Below, piece by piece: positions 63,451-64,000 of a DNA stretch of 64,000 bases. Made by a program: the position numbers and the translations under genes. Each line of letters starts with the position of its first letter. Positions within the stretch are counted from its first letter, which is position 1. The stretch spans positions 39 to 64,038 of the forward strand of contig CAJUQS010000087.1 of NCBI GenBank assembly GCA_910588365.1, in the 5' to 3' direction. This stretch comes from an uncultured Oscillospiraceae bacterium (GTDB lineage: Bacteria > Bacillota > Clostridia > Oscillospirales > Oscillospiraceae). The notes beneath the pieces were generated by a model. The model made no database searches, was not told the DNA's origin, and was given only the letters and a program-made list of their open reading frames with translations.

Positions 63451-63888
63451 TCAGTCCAAGGCTTCTCGAAGCACTTTCAAAATGCGCCTCATTCTCCGAT
63501 GCAGAGAAAATCGTGACTGCTGATACAGCCCGCACAGCACCTTGACCGGCACCTCATTGACATACCGCAGCAATATCAATTCCCGATCCTCCACATCCAG
63601 CTTGTCCAACTCTGCTCTGAGCGCAATGGAGAGCAGCGGGTCGGTTTCCTGGCAGGGCGGTTCTGCCGGTCGAGGGTCACAGTCAGACCGGCGGTATTCG
63701 TCGATACAGAGGTTGCGGGCGATGGTGTAGAGGTATTGGAGCACCTGGTTCGTGTCCCGGTAGGTGTCGCTGGCGAACCAGCGCAGGAACGTCTCCTGGG
63801 TGATGTCCTCCGCCTGCTCCCGGCTGCGGAGCCGGTAGAAGCAATAACGGTATATCTTTTCATACTGTTCTTCAATATCCAGCGCCAC
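63451..63888 (-). CDS. ECF-type sigma-70 family RNA polymerase sigma factor
   Basis: Region 2 (YRYCFYRLRSREQAEDITQETFLRW) and region 4 (LILLRYVNEVPVKVLCGLYQQSRFSLHRRM). GTG start after GGGAGGGAG. Confidence 0.9.
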   Translation of the reverse strand: MALDIEEQYEKIYRYCFYRLRSREQAEDITQETFLRWFASDTYRDTNQVLQYLYTIARNLCIDEYRRSDCDPRPAEPPCQETDPLLSIALRAELDKLDVEDRELILLRYVNEVPVKVLCGLYQQSRFSLHRRMRRILKVLREALD

Positions 63889-63977
63889 AGTCTCCCTCCC
63901 TTCACGTTCTCTATCATGTTTAACGGCTGAAATGACAAAATGTGCGGCTATCGCAAAATTTTTTTCAAAAGTTTATA

Positions 63978-64000
63978 AGAGCCTGTTTAATATCTCAGCG
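63978..64000 (-). repeat. Terminal repeat of another copy of the MITE/IS family (element continues beyond the window)
   Basis: AGAGCCTGTTTAATATCTCAGCG is the exact reverse complement of 8072-8094. Preceded by TA. Confidence 0.6.

Overview
The window is a visibly GC-rich Clostridia-type chromosomal segment (taxonomy is inference). Most of it is housekeeping genes. On the minus strand: an in-frame coaE/M18 aminopeptidase ORF, tsaC, prfA, a flavodoxin, ydcF, an ABC-F ATPase and murF. Also minus: recN, argR, nadK, tlyA, dxs, a heterodimeric ABC exporter, mscS and potA-potB-potCD. On the plus strand: asp23, nusB, xseA, xseB, ispA, a PAP2-like gene and an NCS2 purine permease.

Three stretches are visibly more AT-rich and look accessory:
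- 1-850: the end of an element that finishes with a large serine recombinase.
- 39.1-43.6 kb: an IS256 remnant, a PadR/MATE pair, a KTR zinc-ribbon gene and a frameshifted hydrolase.
- 59.1-64.0 kb: a decayed conjugative-transposon-like regulatory module, a transposase remnant, and an ECF sigma / membrane protein / ABC transporter operon with a decayed permease paralogue.

Main observations:
1. A promoter-driven, ORF-free, structured RNA domain of about 650 nt lies at 25.54-26.19 kb (minus). It sits where OLE RNA and oapA are reported, upstream of a 4-TM protein and dxs. A 1.2-kb unit bracketed by inverted repeats separates it from that partner.
2. A superfamily of bipartite hairpin repeats is present: 11 AT-hairpin copies plus 5 GC-flanked copies. 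They often occur as inverted doublets that bracket whole small genes, and some contribute stop codons or ribosome-binding sites.
3. A 163-bp MITE-like element is inserted at the prfA stop codon.
4. The canonical nusB...ispA | dxs...recN gene string is split into two divergent halves.
5. Several gene fusions and decayed genes are present.

No rRNA, tRNA or CRISPR array was seen.
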